32,000 bases of DNA from Candidatus Saccharimonadota bacterium. GTDB taxonomy: Bacteria > Pseudomonadota > Gammaproteobacteria > Enterobacterales > Enterobacteriaceae. Below, in pieces: positions 28,747-32,000 of this stretch (position 1 is its first letter; each line of letters begins with the position of its first letter). Below the pieces are notes generated by a model, which saw only the letters and a list, made by a program, of their open reading frames with translations, was not told the DNA's origin and searched no databases. Where the stretch lies: NCBI RefSeq assembly GCF_000090965.1, contig NC_008513.1:60001-92000 (forward strand). Reading direction: 5' to 3'. The position numbers and the translations under genes were made by a program.

Positions 28747-29748
28747 GTGAAAAAAAAAAAAGAAATATTCATTGTTTTTAAAAACATTTTTGTCTCTTTT
28801 AAAAAAGAGATTAAAAAAGTTAATAGTATAATATTATTAAATAATTTTTGTTCTAAATTTTTAGGTAAAAAAAGTGTTTTATCTTTTTATTTTAAAAAAA
28901 TAAAAAAATTTGATATTATTAAACGTAAAAAATATAGTATTATTTTAAATGATTTTAAAAAAAAGATTAATAATATTATTTTAGAGAAAAAAAAACAAAT
29001 ATATAATAATTCACAAAATCTTAAAAAAAAAAAAGTTTTTTTAGATTTTTCATTATCTGGTAGAAAGACTAAAATAGGTAGTTTACATCCTATTACTATA
29101 GTTATTAATGAAATAAAAAAAATTTTTTATCATTATGGTTTTGAAATTTTTTACGGTCCTGAATTAGAACATATATATTATAATTTTGATTCTTTAAATG
29201 TTCCAATTAATCATCCATCTAGAAGTAAAAATGATACTTTTTGGTTTAATCCTGATTATGTATTACGTACACAAACATCAAGTATGCAAATTAGAGTTTT
29301 AGAAAAATTTTCTTATCCTATTAAAGTTATTGTTCCTGGAAAAGTATATCGTCATGATTATGATCATACACACACTCCTATGTTTCATCAGATTGAAGGT
29401 TTAATAGTTAATAAATTAATTTCTTTTTCAAATTTAAAATGGATTTTGAAAGATTTTATTAAAAAAATTTTTAAAAAGAAAATTAAAGTACGTTTTCGAA
29501 ATTCTTATTTTCCATTTACATGTCCATCTGCTGAAATGGATATTCAAAACAAATTTGGAGAATGGATAGAAATATTAGGATGTGGTATGGTACTCCAATG
29601 TTTTAAAAATTTTGATATTGATTGTAATATCTATTCAGCATGTGCTTTTGGTATTGGTGTAGAAAGAATAGCTATGTTAAAATATTCTGTATCTGACATT
29701 CGTTATTTTTTTGAAAATGATATACGATTTTTACAACAATTTTCTTAA
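28747..29748 (+). CDS. pheS: Phenylalanyl-tRNA synthetase alpha subunit
   Basis: The 333-aa ORF has GSLHP, LRTQTSSMQIR, PGKVYR.DYD.THTPMFHQIEGL, FRNSYFPFT.PSAE, GCGMV, AFGIGVERIAML and FFENDIRFLQQF. GTG start followed directly by A12. Confidence 0.95.
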   Translation: MKKKKEIFIVFKNIFVSFKKEIKKVNSIILLNNFCSKFLGKKSVLSFYFKKIKKFDIIKRKKYSIILNDFKKKINNIILEKKKQIYNNSQNLKKKKVFLDFSLSGRKTKIGSLHPITIVINEIKKIFYHYGFEIFYGPELEHIYYNFDSLNVPINHPSRSKNDTFWFNPDYVLRTQTSSMQIRVLEKFSYPIKVIVPGKVYRHDYDHTHTPMFHQIEGLIVNKLISFSNLKWILKDFIKKIFKKKIKVRFRNSYFPFTCPSAEMDIQNKFGEWIEILGCGMVLQCFKNFDIDCNIYSACAFGIGVERIAMLKYSVSDIRYFFENDIRFLQQFS

Positions 29749-29763
29749 CAACAGGAATATTTA

Positions 29764-32000
29764 ATGAAGTTTGGAGAAGAATGGTTACGTGAATGGATTA
29801 ATCCATCTATTTCAGTTCCGGATTTATGTGAACAGTTAACAAATTTTGGTTGTGAAGTAGAATATTTTAAAAAAAAATATAAAACTATTTCTAGTGTAGT
29901 TATAGGTCAAATTATTTCAAAAGAAAAATATTTTTTAAATAAAAAATTTTTAATATATAATATACTTATTAATAAAAATAAAAAAATTTATGTTGTATAT
30001 TTTAAAAAAAAATATTTATCTATAGGAAATAAAATACCTATTATTTTAGGTAAAAATTGTATTAAGAAAAATATAAAAAACTTATCATTAAATAATATAA
30101 ATAATAATTTTTGTCATCATTTTGGTTCATATCATTTATTAGATATTCAAAAAAATAATCATAAAATAATAGTTTTATCAAAATATGTTACCGTAGGTTT
30201 AAATTTTAATGATTTTTTTTATAAAAATGATTATTTAATGAAATTTTTTGTTCCTTTTAATCGTATTGATTTACGTTCTTTATGGGGTTTATCAAGAGAA
30301 ATAGCGATATTAAATAAATTAAAAATACCTAAATTAATACGTATAGATAATATACAAAATAAAAAAAAAAAACAAATAAATTGTAATATTAATATTGAAA
30401 ATATTCCTATACAATATTTTTTTTGTGAATTATATAAAATAAATTTAGATTCAATTTTACCTTTTAAAATGCAAATAAGATTACTTCAATCAAATTTATT
30501 GACAGATAATATCATAGAAAATATTATTAATTATATTTTTATTGAAACTGGATATTGGTTTCATGTTTTTGATTTAGATCATATATCTAAAAATTTATAT
30601 ATTAAAAGTATTAAAAAAAAAACATATATTTTTGATACAAATAAAAAAAAATTTTTTTTAAGAAAAGGAACAATAATATTAACAGATTTAAAAAATATTT
30701 TATCATTTGAAGATATGGAATATTCCTGTTATTCAAGGATTAGTAGTACTACTAAAAATTTATTTTTAGGTTCAATTTGTTTTTGTCCAAATTTTATTCA
30801 AAAAAGAAATTTATTAATTCCATTTTTTTCTAGAAAAATAGAGTATTCTAAATATAATTTTTATCCTAAAATACAAAAGAATATATTTAAATATATACAA
30901 AAATTGATATTAAATATATGTGGTGGAAGATCTTCAAATATTAAAAAATATAATTTAATAAAAAATTTTATTATTACTAATAAAATATTTTTTACTATTA
31001 GAAAATTAAATAAAATTTCTGGAATTATTTTTTTAAAAAAAGATATAATTACTATTTTAAAATCATGTTATTTTTCATATATAGAAAATAATGATTCATT
31101 TTATGTCACTCCTCCATATTGGCGTCTTGATATTCAGATTGAAGAAGATGTAATTAGTGAAATTATTAGAATGTATGGTTACGAAAAAATTAAATCTTGT
31201 CCACCTCAAGAACATATCAATAGTAATATTTCTAATAAAAAATCTGAAGAAATGTCTTTATCTAGAATTAAATTTTTTCTTATTGATCAAGGATATAATG
31301 AAATTATATCATATAGTTTTGTAAATTTAAAAATGCAAAGATCTTTTATATCTAAAAATCATTTTATAAAAATTCAAAATCCTATATCAAATGATATGTC
31401 AATTATGAGAACATCTCTATGGATTGGATTATTGCAATGTATTTCATATCATCAAAATCGTCAATATGAATCAATTCGTGTTTTTGAATTTGGTTTGTGT
31501 TTTTATTTAAAAAATAAAAATAAATTTTCGATTATTCAAGATGAATATTTATCTGCAGCGATTAGTGGTTTTTCTAATCGTAGAGAGTGGTATTATAGAA
31601 AAAGAAAATTTGATTTTTATGATTTAAAAGGTGATGTTGAATCAATTTTAAATATTTTAGGAAAATTTGATAATATTGAATTTGTTTCTGAAAAATTTTT
31701 AGGATTATGTTTAGGAAAAAGTGCAGGAATTTATTTACACGGTGAATTAATTGGTTTTTTAGATAGTTCATTGCATCGTTTATTTAATTTAAAAAATTCA
31801 GTTATTTTATTTGAAATTAAATGGAAAAAAATTTGTAGTCATCAAATTAAAAAAATTAAATCTATATCTACTCTTCCAATTAGTAAAAGAGATATTTCTA
31901 TTATTATTTCTGATAAAATTATTGTTAAAGACATAATTGATTTATGTAATAAAAATATTTATATTAAAAATTCTGAAATATATGTATATGATATTTATAC
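29764..32000 (+). CDS. pheT: Phenylalanyl-tRNA synthetase beta subunit (3' end beyond window)
   Basis: I hand-translated residues 1-399 (29764-30960) with no stop: MKFGEEWLREWINPS.. versus E. coli MKFSELWLREWVNPA. Spot-translations further on stay in frame 1: VTPPYWRLDIQIEEDVISEIIRMYGYEKI at 31105 (the conserved B5 motif) and YVYDIY at 31981. Openness through to the window end is inferred from the ORF track listing no truncated product. It is absent from the ORF track because it runs off the edge. Confidence 0.92.
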   Translation, partial: MKFGEEWLREWINPSISVPDLCEQLTNFGCEVEYFKKKYKTISSVVIGQIISKEKYFLNKKFLIYNILINKNKKIYVVYFKKKYLSIGNKIPIILGKNCIKKNIKNLSLNNINNNFCHHFGSYHLLDIQKNNHKIIVLSKYVTVGLNFNDFFYKNDYLMKFFVPFNRIDLRSLWGLSREIAILNKLKIPKLIRIDNIQNKKKKQINCNINIENIPIQYFFCELYKINLDSILPFKMQIRLLQSNLLTDNIIENIINYIFIETGYWFHVFDLDHISKNLYIKSIKKKTYIFDTNKKKFFLRKGTIILTDLKNILSFEDMEYSCYSRISSTTKNLFLGSICFCPNFIQKRNLLIPFFSRKIEYSKYNFYPKIQKNIFKYIQKLILNICGGRSSNIKKYNLIKNFIITNKIFFTIRKLNKISGIIFLKKDIITILKSCYFSYIENNDSFYVTPPYWRLDIQIEEDVISEIIRMYGYEKIKSCPPQEHINSNISNKKSEEMSLSRIKFFLIDQGYNEIISYSFVNLKMQRSFISKNHFIKIQNPISNDMSIMRTSLWIGLLQCISYHQNRQYESIRVFEFGLCFYLKNKNKFSIIQDEYLSAAISGFSNRREWYYRKRKFDFYDLKGDVESILNILGKFDNIEFVSEKFLGLCLGKSAGIYLHGELIGFLDSSLHRLFNLKNSVILFEIKWKKICSHQIKKIKSISTLPISKRDISIIISDKIIVKDIIDLCNKNIYIKNSEIYVYDIY

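Noticed and set aside
1674-31771. Nine 60-98-aa ORFs in the supplied track: 1674-1919(-), 2668-2862(-), 6894-7094(+), 8046-8276(+), 15576-15845(-), 20827-21009(+), 23005-23301(-), 27186-27461(-), 31574-31771(-)
   Set aside because: Each lies entirely antisense to, or out of frame within, a well-supported conserved gene (fabB, talA, dapA, aroC, hisA, tilS, tyrS, thrS, pheT). Their products are low-complexity and Phe/Ile/Leu/Asn-rich, as expected from the reverse complement of Lys/Asn/Ile-rich A+T coding sequence. None has a recognisable motif.
1-32000. CRISPR arrays, IS/transposase, integrase, phage, toxin-antitoxin, restriction-modification or other defence/accessory systems; a hidden novel multi-gene system
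   Set aside because: Every ORF of meaningful length has a clear housekeeping or biosynthetic orthologue in conserved enterobacterial order. There are no spaced direct repeats, no terminal inverted repeats and no compositionally deviant island.

Overview
The window reads as a syntenic, gene-dense core-chromosome block from an extremely A+T-rich, genome-reduced gammaproteobacterial insect endosymbiont. G+C is roughly one fifth by eye, the spacers are almost pure A/T, and the proteins are lysine-rich. Gene content and order are rsmI | fabB talA tkt dapE | dapA aroC | smrB hisGDCBHAFI gnd metG | tilS tRNA-Val | tyrS | sufA-like | aroH thrS infC rpmI rplT pheS pheT. This matches what I recall of Buchnera aphidicola, and the composition resembles its most reduced lineages; that assignment is inference and was not searched. 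Functionally the block covers host-provisioning metabolism (the full histidine pathway, lysine steps dapA/dapE, shikimate entry and exit aroH/aroC, pentose-phosphate enzymes tal/tkt/gnd) plus translation housekeeping (four aminoacyl-tRNA synthetases, IF3, L35, L20, TilS, RsmI, SmrB). I support 29 protein genes (two run off the window edges), one tRNA and a few hairpin/terminator candidates. I see no CRISPR array, mobile element, phage, toxin or defence module, and no unexplained multi-gene cassette, so I cannot honestly report a novel system here. The points worth a second look are signatures of reductive evolution. Both editing-site signature motifs of ThrRS are replaced, and the PheRS beta editing domain is degenerate. 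The only ATG of rsmI is knocked out of frame by a 10-nt homopolymer, in a region with many 11-17-nt in-frame poly(A/T) tracts. The his and pheST leaders/attenuators are absent. The tRNA-Val lacks an encoded CCA. A few palindromes or hairpins stand out from the A/T background.
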